Of a stretch of 32,000 nt of DNA, positions 8,287-17,170 are shown piece by piece. The translations under genes were made by a program, and so were the position numbers. The DNA comes from Pyrococcus yayanosii CH1. Its GTDB lineage: Archaea; Methanobacteriota_B; Thermococci; Thermococcales; Thermococcaceae. Under the pieces are notes generated by a model. It searched no databases. It was not told the origin of the DNA and saw nothing but the letters and a program-made list of their open reading frames with translations. Within the stretch, counting starts at the first letter, position 1, and every line of letters begins with the position of its first letter. Location of the stretch: assembly GCF_000215995.1 (NCBI RefSeq), contig NC_015680.1, forward strand, positions 1,283,160 through 1,315,159. Direction: 5' to 3'.

Positions 8287-8493
8287 GTGAAAAAGGAAAT
8301 GATATCCGTAATATCATTATTTTTAGTTGTGCAGGTAATCTTTAACAACAGTGCATTAGCATCCAATAATATTGAAGTAGTAGAACCCACCAAGGACGAG
8401 ACAATTTCTCAGTGCTACTTCTGGGAAATGGATACAGATCAGGATGCCCTGTATATAACCCCAGATCAGGTATGGGCCAGGATATACGCATAA
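8287..8493 (+). CDS. Small secreted protein, or the 5' part of a frameshifted gene
   Basis: 68-aa ORF with the signal-like N-terminus MKKEMISVISLFLVVQVIFNNSALA. A second frame stays open from 8459 to 8704 with protein-like sequence (see findings). Confidence 0.35.
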   Translation: MKKEMISVISLFLVVQVIFNNSALASNNIEVVEPTKDETISQCYFWEMDTDQDALYITPDQVWARIYA

Positions 8494-8716
8494 TGTTAGT
8501 GGTAAATTCATAGGCCCACCTTGCTATCCATTCCTTCAGCTCATGGATTCGATCCATAACGGGGGTGATGTGCCAGGCGCCTTAGAATCCGTATTCATAA
8601 CTGTATGTAAAATTCCGGTTTTGACTGGGCGGAAACCATATCTTACGGAAACGGAGTGGGCAGGTGATGGAAGGCTAGAGCTGTTGTCGGATAATGATTA
8701 TTAGGAGTGGAGGAAT

Positions 8717-9428
8717 ATGAGAAAGCTATTACCTTTCTTAATTTTAATTTTGCAATGTTCTGCAGGCCTCTCGCTTGGAGCACCATATTGGATCGAGCCC
8801 GGAGTCTACATGAAATACGTCACATATCAAACAAAACCTGTAAATGCCACTTCACCCGGATTTGGTGACGCTACATTGATTTTACTCTACAACTATTCTG
8901 GAAAACTTTTCGAAATAGGAGCATTTGGAAATTCTACGGTAACATTCACTATTAGCTTTATGCCTTGACAGCAAGGGTAGAGAAATAAAGATAGAGAGAA
9001 TTACAACGTCAAACTCTTCATTAATAACGTACTATAAAACGTTCAAGCCTCCCATCGTCACTGTAAGGACAACGATTGGAGTTATAGAGAAGCCCACCGG
9101 AAAGATAGTGGAAAAGGACGTCATGATGTACGATGGGTCTTCGGGTTTGTTGCTGAGTTTCTTCGCACCTCACTTCCCAGATGCTAAAGCCGCTGGGTTT
9201 CCAACTTTATTTGGTTTTGATATAAAGGGGCATGAGATCAGCAAAGAGGAGTGGAAACGGAAGGATGTCCAAGTTGGAGGAGGGCTGGTTCTATTGGACA
9301 CGAATGCAAACTTGGGAGAGATAAAGCCTGTAGCTTTCGCTGAAGATAGATCAAAACTTGCCTACATTTACTTAGTTCTCCTGCTGATTCTCATAACAGG
9401 TTGGCTCATTAGGAGGAACAAAATATGA
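8717..9428 (+). pseudogene. Surface protein (signal peptide plus C-terminal TM anchor) split by an apparent +1 frameshift near 8943-8968
   Basis: ORF 8717..8968 starts MRKLLPFLILILQCSAGLSLG after GGAGTGGAGG. The ORF ending at 9428 is open in the next frame from 8943, not just from the track start at 9108, and ends with the TM anchor plus basic tail LAYIYLVLLLILITGWLIRRNKI. Removing one T in CCTTGAC would give ...ISFMPDSKGREIKIER... Confidence 0.5.
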
Positions 9429-10165
9429 CATTAAAAGAATGGGAGCTCAATGAACCAACCCGCCTAATGATATTGCTGGCTGGAATGATCCTCAATACTT
9501 TCATACTTCACTCGGCTTATCTTCACCTAACGGCAAGCTACACGATCCTACACTCCCAGTCCCTAACATCTTTTCCCTCTATCCTGGGGGCCCACATAAT
9601 TAGAGTAATCTCCGGACTGTTGAGCAACGGAAGCTTCTGGATAATATCGGGTTTATTCATCTCGCTTCTCGGATCGGTCATATTTAGGATGGACAGAGAT
9701 GTGGGTTACGCTAATTCGATATACTCCCTCCCATATAAGAAGTGGGAGATATTCGGGATAAAGTATCTGGTGTTGCTCCTTTATTCCCTAACTTTAACTT
9801 TCATTCCATTCTTTTCAGTATCTATAATAGCAAGCCTCTCACTGATCGAATATATCCCGGATATCCTCTTTTCTAAGATGGTGGTGTACAGGATTCTGTT
9901 GAGCCTATATATGATCTTGTATTTAACGTCCCTTGTGTCTCTAGTTTCTTTGATAAGCCCAAACATACTGATAACAATAATAATATCTTTATCCTTGTTT
10001 TTCCTTCCGTTCTTTATTTCCATCTCAGAAGTTCCGCCCCTCCTCTTCATTATAGGTAATTTTAAAGAAGCACTAAACTTTAAAATGATAACCTGGGGTG
10101 TGATAGTTCCACTAGCATTGATAATACTCTCAATGGGAATTTCTGAATGGAAGGATGTCAGGTGA
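9425..10165 (+). CDS. Polytopic membrane protein, likely ABC-2-type permease component
   Basis: 246 aa with about six hydrophobic segments. The ATGA-type overlap with the upstream ORF and its position in the operon with an ABC ATPase support the permease call by context only. Confidence 0.5.
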   Translation: MTLKEWELNEPTRLMILLAGMILNTFILHSAYLHLTASYTILHSQSLTSFPSILGAHIIRVISGLLSNGSFWIISGLFISLLGSVIFRMDRDVGYANSIYSLPYKKWEIFGIKYLVLLLYSLTLTFIPFFSVSIIASLSLIEYIPDILFSKMVVYRILLSLYMILYLTSLVSLVSLISPNILITIIISLSLFFLPFFISISEVPPLLFIIGNFKEALNFKMITWGVIVPLALIILSMGISEWKDVR

Positions 10166-10617
10166 GATTTTTAAAGGTCTTAGCAGTATTCTTCCTTCTT
10201 CTTCCTGGAATCATGGAGCTGGGCTATGCAAGGTACTCCGACAAAATAGAGGGAACGCAACCTTCCCCACTAACTTCAAGATTAGGAGATGAGGTATATT
10301 TCATAAGCATATTCGTGCCAACGTCTTCTCTCGCTGAGATCAAGTGCGTGGGAGAAGGAGACGTAGTAATGATGGATAGATTTAGCAGGAAAGCTGTCTT
10401 CTATGAGGAGTTCTCTGGAAAACTTGCCCTTCGATTTCAGTTTCCCCATGAGGGAGATTATATACTTTATTCCGAAAATCCACAAATGGGCACAACCTGC
10501 GTTGTGAGGCTTAGAAAAAACGCTCCTTCTCATGCTGTTCAAAGGGGAATGTATGCTGTAGGTATATTATCAGGCTTAGTATTGTTTGGTCTCTTGCTGT
10601 GGGGGAAGAGAACATGA
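10147..10617 (+). CDS. Surface-anchored hypothetical protein (signal peptide plus C-terminal TM)
   Basis: 156 aa. The N-terminal hydrophobic segment is FLKVLAVFFLLLPGIMELGYA and the C-terminal anchor is GILSGLVLFGLLLWGKRT. An alternative GTG start at 10162 overlaps the upstream stop (GTGA). Confidence 0.5.
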   Translation: MEGCQVRFLKVLAVFFLLLPGIMELGYARYSDKIEGTQPSPLTSRLGDEVYFISIFVPTSSLAEIKCVGEGDVVMMDRFSRKAVFYEEFSGKLALRFQFPHEGDYILYSENPQMGTTCVVRLRKNAPSHAVQRGMYAVGILSGLVLFGLLLWGKRT

Positions 10618-11311
10618 TAGTCGCGGAGAACCTAACCAAAAAGTTTGGCCCCATATGTGCCTTAGACAACGTCTCGGTTAAGATTGACGAAGGTATAACC
10701 CTAATAGTCGGTCCGAACGGTGGAGGGAAATCAACATTCTTGAAGCTTAATTCTTGAAGCTTATAGTTGGAATATACAGACCTACCAAGGGAAAGATAAG
10801 GGTTTTTGGGGAGGATCCATGGAAAAGCAAGAGGATAAAGAGAGTAATTGGATTCTCGCACGATCCGCCAGCATTTCCCAGCTTTGTGACTGGTAGGGAA
10901 TGGCTTTCATTATTTTCCAGGGAGAAAGGAAGCGGAGACGAAGACGTTGATAGGGTTGCAGATATCTTTGGCATCGATTTCCTAGATCTTAGAATCGACA
11001 AGTACTCCTCAGGAATGAGAAAGCTCTTGGCGATATCTCAAGCCTTCATTGGAAATCCAAAGTTGGTAATATTAGACGAACCATTTTCGGGCTTAGATTT
11101 TAAAAACGTTAAAGGGGTCATCAAGGTGATTAGGGAGTTCAAAGAAGTTGGTGTGAACTTCATAATCGTGAGCCACATGTGGGAACCTTTAGTTCCCCTT
11201 GCAGACTGGATTATAATGATCTCTAATGGGAAAGTTATTGTAAACGGCCCCACTGAAAGTGCAAAGGGGGAAATAGAGAGGATTTTCAGAGAAACGTTTG
11301 CCACCACGTAA
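10614..11311 (+). pseudogene. ABC transporter ATP-binding protein disrupted by a 14-bp tandem duplication
   Basis: From the ATG at 10614 the frame reads MIVAENLTKKFGPICALDNVSVKIDEGITLIVGPNGGGKSTFLKLNS* (Walker A present). ORF 10754..11311 continues with (LKL)IVGIYRPTKGK..., the signature-like YSSGMRKLL, Walker B LVILDEPFSGLD and the H-loop VSHMW. Deleting one copy of ATTCTTGAAGCTTA restores a single 227-aa ABC ATPase. Confidence 0.85.
10736..10763. repeat. Perfect 14-bp tandem duplication (ATTCTTGAAGCTTA x2) inside the ABC ATPase gene
   Basis: Read directly: 10736-10749 and 10750-10763 are identical. Fourteen is not a multiple of three, so the frame shifts and a TGA follows at 10755-10757. 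Confidence 0.95.
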
Positions 11312-11331
11312 AATCAAAATTTTAAAGGAGA

Positions 11332-13707
11332 TCAGAGGAGCTCCTCCTCTTCTTCCTCCTCAAAGTAGAGCTGCCTCCTTGCTGCCTCGAGCATGAGCTT
11401 CCTCTCTTCCTGTGCGACGACCTGCCTGATGAGCTGCACTGCATCCGGGTTGGCGCTGATGCTGTCGATACCTAGCCTGACGAGTATCCTGGCCATCTTC
11501 GGGTCGCTTCCAGCCTGACCGCAGATGCTGGTCTCGACACCGTACCTCTTGCAGACCTTGATGACATGCCTGATGAGCTTAAGCACAGCTGGGTGGGTCT
11601 CGTCGTAGAGCTTGGCGACGCGCTCGTTGTCCCTATCGATGGCGAGGGTGTACTGGGTAAGGTCGTTGGTTCCGAAGCTGATGAAATCGATGCCCTCCTT
11701 GATAAGATCCTCAATGATTATTGCCGCCGCGGGAACCTCTATCATGACGCCCCAAGCGACGTCTTTGTGCGGCTCAAGGCCGACCTCCCTGGCTATCCTC
11801 TTGGCCTCCCTTATCTGCTCGGGGTGGCTGACGAGCGGAAGCATGACGCCGATGTTATTGTAGCCCTTCTCGACGACCTTCTTTATGGCCTTGAACTCAG
11901 CCCTGAGGAGCTCGGGCTGGTCAAGACCTCTCCTTATGCCCCTCCATCCTAGCATCGGGTTCCTCTCGTCGGGCTCGTCCTCTCCGCCAGGCATCTCCTT
12001 GAACTCGTTGGTCGGAGCGTCAAGGGTCCTGTACCAGACCGGCCTCGGATAGAATGCTGCCGCAACCTTCTCGATGCCCTCGGCGAGCTTCTCCACGAGT
12101 TCTTCCTCCTTGCCCTCCTTGATGAACTTGACCGGGTGCTGTCCAATGCTGAGTATCATGTGCTCAGCACGAAGCAGGCCGACACCATCAGCACCGGTTG
12201 CTGCAGCCCTCTCTGCCACTTCAGGCATGGAAACGTTGACCTTGACCTGAGTTCCGGTTATTATCGGAGCGCTGACGACGACCTGACCGCCGGCAGCCTT
12301 CTCCTCTTCCTTCTTCTTGACGAGGCTCTTGACTATGCCCTTGTAGACGAGACCCCTGGCACCGTCAACGGTGACGTAATCACCAGTCTTGAGGACCTTG
12401 GTGGCGACCTTGGTACCGACGACACACGGAATGCCGAGCTCCCTACTAACTATGGCGGCGTGGCTGGTCCTTCCACCTTCGTCGGTGATTATCGCCGCAG
12501 CCCTCTTCATCGCTGGAACCATGTCCGGGTTGGTCATGGTGGTGACGAGAATGTCGCCCTCCTTGACCTTGTCGATCTCGCTGGCATCGAAGATAACCAC
12601 AACCCTGCCGGCGCCGATACCCGGGGATGCTCCAAGGCCCTTAAGGATGACCTCAGCCTCCTCGACCTCAGCCTCCTCGGAGGCCTTGGCTTCCTCCTTA
12701 AGGGTGGTTATCGGCCTGCTCTGGACGATGTAGAGCTTGCCGTCGTCCTTGTCGTAGGCCCACTCGATGTCCTGAGGCCAGCCGTAGTGCTCCTCAATTT
12801 TCTGGCCCATCTTAGCAACTTCAATTATCTGCTCGTCGGTGAGGACTTGCTTCTCGACCCACTCAGGACCAAGGTGCTCGGCGACCTTGACCATAACCGT
12901 TCCCTTACCAGTCTCCGGGTTCCTAACTACCATGACCTCCTTCTTGGCTATGACCTTCTCCTTAATCTTCCAGGTGCCCTTCTCGACGATGTACTCGTCG
13001 GGGGTGACGGCACCGCTGACGACTGCCTCACCAAGGCCCCAGCTGGCGTTTATCATTATCTCGTTCCTGTCGTTGGTAACCGGGTTGGCGGTGAACATGA
13101 CACCGCTCTTCTCGCTGTTGACCATCTTCTGGACGACGGCGCTGAGGTAGACCTTGCTGTGGTCGAAGCCCTGCTTGGCCCTGTAGAAGGTGGCTCTAGC
13201 TGTCCAGAGGCTGGCCCAGCACCTCTTAACCTTGTCTATAACATCGTCGGCACCGAGGACGTCAAGGTAGGTCTCCTGCTGACCTGCGAAACTCGCTTCC
13301 GGAAGGTCCTCAGCAGTGGCAGAAGAGCGAACGGCGACGTAAACCTCCTCCTGTCCGAACCTCTGACTGAGCTCCTTGTAGGCCCTCCTTATCTCCTCGG
13401 CTATCTCCTCGGGCATAGGCATGGAGATTATCTTCTCCCTTATCTTGGCGGTGTTCTCCTGGAGCTGCTTTGAGTCATCGACGTTTGTCTTGCTGATTAC
13501 GTCCATAATCCACTCCTGAAGCGTTCTCCCGTCCTCAACGAGAGTGTTCTCCACGAAGTACTTGTAGGCCTCAGCGGTGACACAGAAGCCGGGCGGAACC
13601 GGAATTCCGGCCCTAGTCATTTCGCCAAGGTTCGCACCCTTTCCACCAACAAGAGGCACATCTTTCTTGCTTAGCTCCTCAAACCACTTTATGAACCTGT
13701 ACGCCAT
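11332..13707 (-). CDS. ppsA: Phosphoenolpyruvate synthase (pyruvate, water dikinase)
   Basis: ORF 11332..13722. I prefer the start at MAYRFIKWFEELSKKDVPLVGGKGANLGEM (ATG 13705-13707, after GGAGGTGGGA). The phosphohistidine region GGRTSHAAIVSRELGIPCVVG, the C-terminal PEP-utilising domain and the EEEEEEELL tail typical of Thermococcales PpsA are all present. Confidence 0.95.
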   Translation of the reverse strand: MAYRFIKWFEELSKKDVPLVGGKGANLGEMTRAGIPVPPGFCVTAEAYKYFVENTLVEDGRTLQEWIMDVISKTNVDDSKQLQENTAKIREKIISMPMPEEIAEEIRRAYKELSQRFGQEEVYVAVRSSATAEDLPEASFAGQQETYLDVLGADDVIDKVKRCWASLWTARATFYRAKQGFDHSKVYLSAVVQKMVNSEKSGVMFTANPVTNDRNEIMINASWGLGEAVVSGAVTPDEYIVEKGTWKIKEKVIAKKEVMVVRNPETGKGTVMVKVAEHLGPEWVEKQVLTDEQIIEVAKMGQKIEEHYGWPQDIEWAYDKDDGKLYIVQSRPITTLKEEAKASEEAEVEEAEVILKGLGASPGIGAGRVVVIFDASEIDKVKEGDILVTTMTNPDMVPAMKRAAAIITDEGGRTSHAAIVSRELGIPCVVGTKVATKVLKTGDYVTVDGARGLVYKGIVKSLVKKKEEEKAAGGQVVVSAPIITGTQVKVNVSMPEVAERAAATGADGVGLLRAEHMILSIGQHPVKFIKEGKEEELVEKLAEGIEKVAAAFYPRPVWYRTLDAPTNEFKEMPGGEDEPDERNPMLGWRGIRRGLDQPELLRAEFKAIKKVVEKGYNNIGVMLPLVSHPEQIREAKRIAREVGLEPHKDVAWGVMIEVPAAAIIIEDLIKEGIDFISFGTNDLTQYTLAIDRDNERVAKLYDETHPAVLKLIRHVIKVCKRYGVETSICGQAGSDPKMARILVRLGIDSISANPDAVQLIRQVVAQEERKLMLEAARRQLYFEEEEEEELL

Positions 13708-13804
13708 CGTTCCCACCTCCAACTGAAAATAACCGGGAGTGGTATGGAAGGACCTTATTTAAAATTAACGTGAATAGCTTAGTCCTCCAATGTTCACAAC
13801 CGAC

Positions 13805-15154
13805 CTAGGGCCTTGATGTGCTCATTGATCTCTTGAGGAAGACCATGTATGGCCCCGGACAGGGAGCCCTTGAGTACCCCTCAGGTACAGGGATTCCCTT
13901 CGCAATTATTAAATCGTATTCTGCCCCTTGAACGTCATCAGGAGAAAGCAGCATCTTCACATCAGCGTCCGGGAAGTAGTAGCCGGCGAGGGTGTATAGG
14001 CGGGGAGACACAAGTATCTTTTCGGCCTTGTAGGCCACGGCGCATGACAGGACCTCATTCTCGGGCAACCAAGCTGAGTCCCACTCGTCCTTCAGGCTAA
14101 GGGCAGAGTAAACCACCGGAACCAAGAGAATACCCGAGAGGAGCAGAAAGACTAGGAACTTCCTCGGGATGCCCACGAACCTCCTTGCAACATCGATGAG
14201 AAAGGCAACGCCAAGGGATGTTAGGACGGCGAAAGCCGGAGAAAGAAAAGTCACAAAGCGGGTCTCCTTGTGGATCACCGTAAGTATACCAAAAAGTCCA
14301 ACGGTAAGCCAAGAGATTAAGAACCATCCAATCCTATCCTTTTTCAGTGTCACGAATCCCACTGCCGAGAGAAGTGGCAGAACGAAGCCGATGTCTTTGA
14401 TAAGCATTCTTAGGAAGTCCGAGGCTGAAATTGGCTTATCCATTGTGACAACTCTTGAGGCAACCTCGAAGGGTCTCAAGAAGCCGCCGTAGTGGAGGTG
14501 GCCAAGATAGAGCCAGGGGAAAAGCGTGAGGAGGAAAACCGCGAGACCAAGCCAAATTTCCCTTCTCCTAACCCAAGTCCAGTGCTCCGTGAGGTATAGG
14601 TAAGTGAAGATTACGCCCACGATCGTCAGGCCCGTGTATCTTGTCAGGACAGCTAGAGCAGCGAAGAAGAACGCCAGAACGGTTCTCCTCCAATCGCCGG
14701 CCGTGAAGAGCATGTAGAGGGAAAGGGTGTAGAAGAATGTGAACTCTGCGTGGACGAGGGCTCTAGTGGCCATCGTGAAGGCGAGCGGATTAAAGATGTA
14801 GAAGAGGGAGGCGGTGACGGCTTTCCACTTATCCCCAAGTAAGGCACTGGCCAGGAAATAAACGAGGACTGCCGTCAGGGAGTGGAAAAGCAGTGAAACT
14901 AGCCTAGCCACAGCCAGGTGGTGGCCGTAGGGAAGGAAATAGAGTATAAGGGAGAGGGTGTAGGGGTAAAGGGGAGGGCGGTACATCATGTAAACGCCCT
15001 GGTATGTGAAGCCCCTTCCCTCGGCTATACTCCGGGCGATGTCTATGTAGAGGGCCTCGTCGTAAGTGAGGGTCTTCCAGGGCGGGAACGTCAGCAGACC
15101 GGCCGTGAATGTTACGAGGAATAGGAAGGCCGGTATCAGCTTCTCCCTCCACAT
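13805..15154 (-). CDS. GT-C fold glycosyltransferase (family 39/83-like, ArnT/PMT-type) membrane protein
   Basis: 449 aa and polytopic. The first-loop motif TYDEALYIDIARSIAEGRGF resembles the D-E loop of PMT/ArnT-like enzymes. It overlaps the upstream gene by 19 nt. Confidence 0.55.
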   Translation of the reverse strand: MWREKLIPAFLFLVTFTAGLLTFPPWKTLTYDEALYIDIARSIAEGRGFTYQGVYMMYRPPLYPYTLSLILYFLPYGHHLAVARLVSLLFHSLTAVLVYFLASALLGDKWKAVTASLFYIFNPLAFTMATRALVHAEFTFFYTLSLYMLFTAGDWRRTVLAFFFAALAVLTRYTGLTIVGVIFTYLYLTEHWTWVRRREIWLGLAVFLLTLFPWLYLGHLHYGGFLRPFEVASRVVTMDKPISASDFLRMLIKDIGFVLPLLSAVGFVTLKKDRIGWFLISWLTVGLFGILTVIHKETRFVTFLSPAFAVLTSLGVAFLIDVARRFVGIPRKFLVFLLLSGILLVPVVYSALSLKDEWDSAWLPENEVLSCAVAYKAEKILVSPRLYTLAGYYFPDADVKMLLSPDDVQGAEYDLIIAKGIPVPEGYSRAPCPGPYMVFLKRSMSTSRP

Positions 15155-16197
15155 TCTCGACTCACCTCGGACAAGATTGCGAGAGCGAATATGGCGGGAA
15201 CCTTAAAGGCGTCGAGGCCGCTCTCCACAGAGACGAGGAGAATTGAGAGGGATGAGACGCCAGTAACAGGATTCTTCACGGCCCTTCCAAGGGCAAAGCC
15301 AAGGAAAAAGCTCTCCAGAAGGCCGAAAATGCCGAAGTCGTAGACGGGCTGGCCAAATATCGTGTACGTGTACTCCCTCGCTTTCCCAAAAAAGCTGCCG
15401 ACGAGCAGTCTTGGGTTGATAGAAGGGAGGAGCTCAAGCCTACCGATGGGCATCCCTAGTTCGAAGAGTCGCTCGTAGACGGAGTAAGTAAAGCCAATCC
15501 TGTAGAGGAGCTCCTCGAACAGAGAAAATCGCCAGATGCCGTAGGTCATAACGTTTATTACGTGCCTCACGAGGAATATGATGAGCAAAAGAAAGAGGGC
15601 CACCCCAAGAACCCTGCCCTCAACCTTCCCCTTCCTCAACACATAGGCCGCGAGAAGTAGAAGGGCGGAGCTTCTGAAGGTTGAGACGAGGGCGATGAGG
15701 AGACCGAGAATTAGAATCCTGGAGTCGGGCTTGTAGGAGAGGGCAAAGACCAAAAGATACGCGGAGGCTAAGTATGGAAGCTTCAAGAGCGAGTACCTAG
15801 TAGCTGGATCGAGGAGGGGAATGGCTCCCATAAGAGCTACAGGAAGGGGTAGGAGAAGAGCCGAAACCACCAGGATCTTCCACATTAACTCGGTCCTCCC
15901 TGTAAACCATTCAGGGTTCTTTTTAAGCCAGACAACGGCACCCAGAAAGGATACCGCAGGGAGAAAGCCAAGGGGCCCCACGAGCAAGGCAATTCCGAGA
16001 ACTGGTATTACAAAAACCCAGGCGGGAACCTTTCTTCCGGCGAAATGGTAACCCAGGAACATGGAGAACGTGAAGGCAAGGGCGTAGAGGAGAGGACAGG
16101 GCTTAGGTGGAGGTAGCTGGTCAAAGTGGAGCTTAGAGATGATGGCGAGACTGATGTATGCTACCATCACCGCCCAGAGGATGTAGGCCCTATCCAA
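15136..16197 (-). CDS. Polytopic membrane protein, possibly an oligosaccharide repeat-unit polymerase (Wzy-like); paralog of 16190..17170
   Basis: 353 aa with at least 9 hydrophobic segments. It shares motifs with the neighbour (IPLLDPATRYSL versus VPLLDPSIRTQL; FGLLESFFLGFALGRA versus LGALELFLLGFYYEVLGRA). The functional label is a guess from architecture and context. Confidence 0.4.
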   Translation of the reverse strand: MDRAYILWAVMVAYISLAIISKLHFDQLPPPKPCPLLYALAFTFSMFLGYHFAGRKVPAWVFVIPVLGIALLVGPLGFLPAVSFLGAVVWLKKNPEWFTGRTELMWKILVVSALLLPLPVALMGAIPLLDPATRYSLLKLPYLASAYLLVFALSYKPDSRILILGLLIALVSTFRSSALLLLAAYVLRKGKVEGRVLGVALFLLLIIFLVRHVINVMTYGIWRFSLFEELLYRIGFTYSVYERLFELGMPIGRLELLPSINPRLLVGSFFGKAREYTYTIFGQPVYDFGIFGLLESFFLGFALGRAVKNPVTGVSSLSILLVSVESGLDAFKVPAIFALAILSEVSRECGGRS

Positions 16198-17170
16198 GGC
16201 GCTTCACCTTCACGTCCACGGTTATAAGACCCCTGAGTATTAGGCAGGAGCCAAGGAGGAACAGGGCGTAAACGGGTAGATCGAGTATCCCCGTCTCGAC
16301 ACCAACTATGCCGTAGGCGAGGGTGGAGTAGTAGATGGCCCTCGTGAAATAATCCTTGGCCCTACCCAAAACCTCGTAGTAGAAACCGAGGAGGAAGAGC
16401 TCGAGAGCACCGAGAAGCCCAAAGTCAAGGTAGATGCCACCGATAAGGGTCGCCGTTGTCGTGACGTCCCTGATGAGAAGGTACTTTGATATGAGCATCC
16501 TGGGGGAATACCCCCCGAGGAAGTATGACCTCACACCGGCCCACTGCAGGACACCGTGGTAGAAGCCGAAGGGAGAACAACGCCAAACTATGACGTCGAG
16601 AACGGACGTCGTGGCCACTACTCTCGTTAGGAGGTCGCCAAGCCCAATGTTCCGGAAGGAGTTCAGGAGGAGGAATAAGAGGGCTGCCAGGACACCCACG
16701 AGCAACGTCCTCCTATCCAGGCCCTTCTCCTCGTAATAGGCCGCTCCAAGGGCAATCAGGGAAACCAAGACCGGCGTCCGATAAGCGTAGAGGGAAACGA
16801 CGAAGGGATATAGAAGGGCATACCTTCTACCCCTGAGGAACAGGTACACGCTCAAAGGCATTCCAAGAAAGTACGTGAGGGCCGTAAGCCTTGGATTCAG
16901 CTGAGTCCTGATTGAGGGATCCAGGAGAGGGACCTGACGGAGCATTAGAAGCTGGAGAAGAACTATTAAAAGAGAAAGCCAGAAGGCGCTCACTATGTAA
17001 TCCTCTCTGACCGGGAGGGGCCTCTCACTCCATCTTATCCTCCCGCCGACGTGGAAGCCATAGATCATGGAGAGAGAGAAGATTGTAACCACGAGAATCG
17101 TCTTGGGTCGGGCCATACCCAAGGCCACGAAAATCATAAGGATTATTGGAATCAGGTGATGGAGCCTCAC
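16190..17170 (-). CDS. Polytopic membrane protein, Wzy-like; paralog of 15136..16197
   Basis: 326 aa and polytopic, with an 8-nt overlap with the downstream paralog. See the shared motifs above. Confidence 0.4.
   Translation of the reverse strand: MRLHHLIPIILMIFVALGMARPKTILVVTIFSLSMIYGFHVGGRIRWSERPLPVREDYIVSAFWLSLLIVLLQLLMLRQVPLLDPSIRTQLNPRLTALTYFLGMPLSVYLFLRGRRYALLYPFVVSLYAYRTPVLVSLIALGAAYYEEKGLDRRTLLVGVLAALLFLLLNSFRNIGLGDLLTRVVATTSVLDVIVWRCSPFGFYHGVLQWAGVRSYFLGGYSPRMLISKYLLIRDVTTTATLIGGIYLDFGLLGALELFLLGFYYEVLGRAKDYFTRAIYYSTLAYGIVGVETGILDLPVYALFLLGSCLILRGLITVDVKVKRLG

Noticed and set aside
9781-11307. Minus-strand ORFs (84-116 aa) inside island 2
   Set aside because: All are antisense to the plus-strand operon genes, which have coherent signal peptides, TM patterns or ABC motifs. 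Their translations are low-complexity.
11335-11365. GAG/GAA-rich (poly-Glu codon) tract at the ppsA 3' end
   Set aside because: It encodes the acidic EEEEEEELL tail seen in Thermococcales PEP synthases. It is a coding feature, not a regulatory repeat.
12136-13473. 445-aa plus-strand ORF (and several 65-128-aa ORFs) antisense to ppsA
   Set aside because: It lies entirely inside a very well supported PEP synthase gene. The translation is low-complexity (L, D, G, V rich) with no motifs. Long antisense ORFs are expected opposite GC3-biased genes.
13792-13800. GTTcacAAC (SurR-type GTTn3AAC) upstream of ppsA
   Set aside because: A motif with six specified bases is expected several times by chance in 32 kb, and the extended GTTn3AACn5GTT form is not present.
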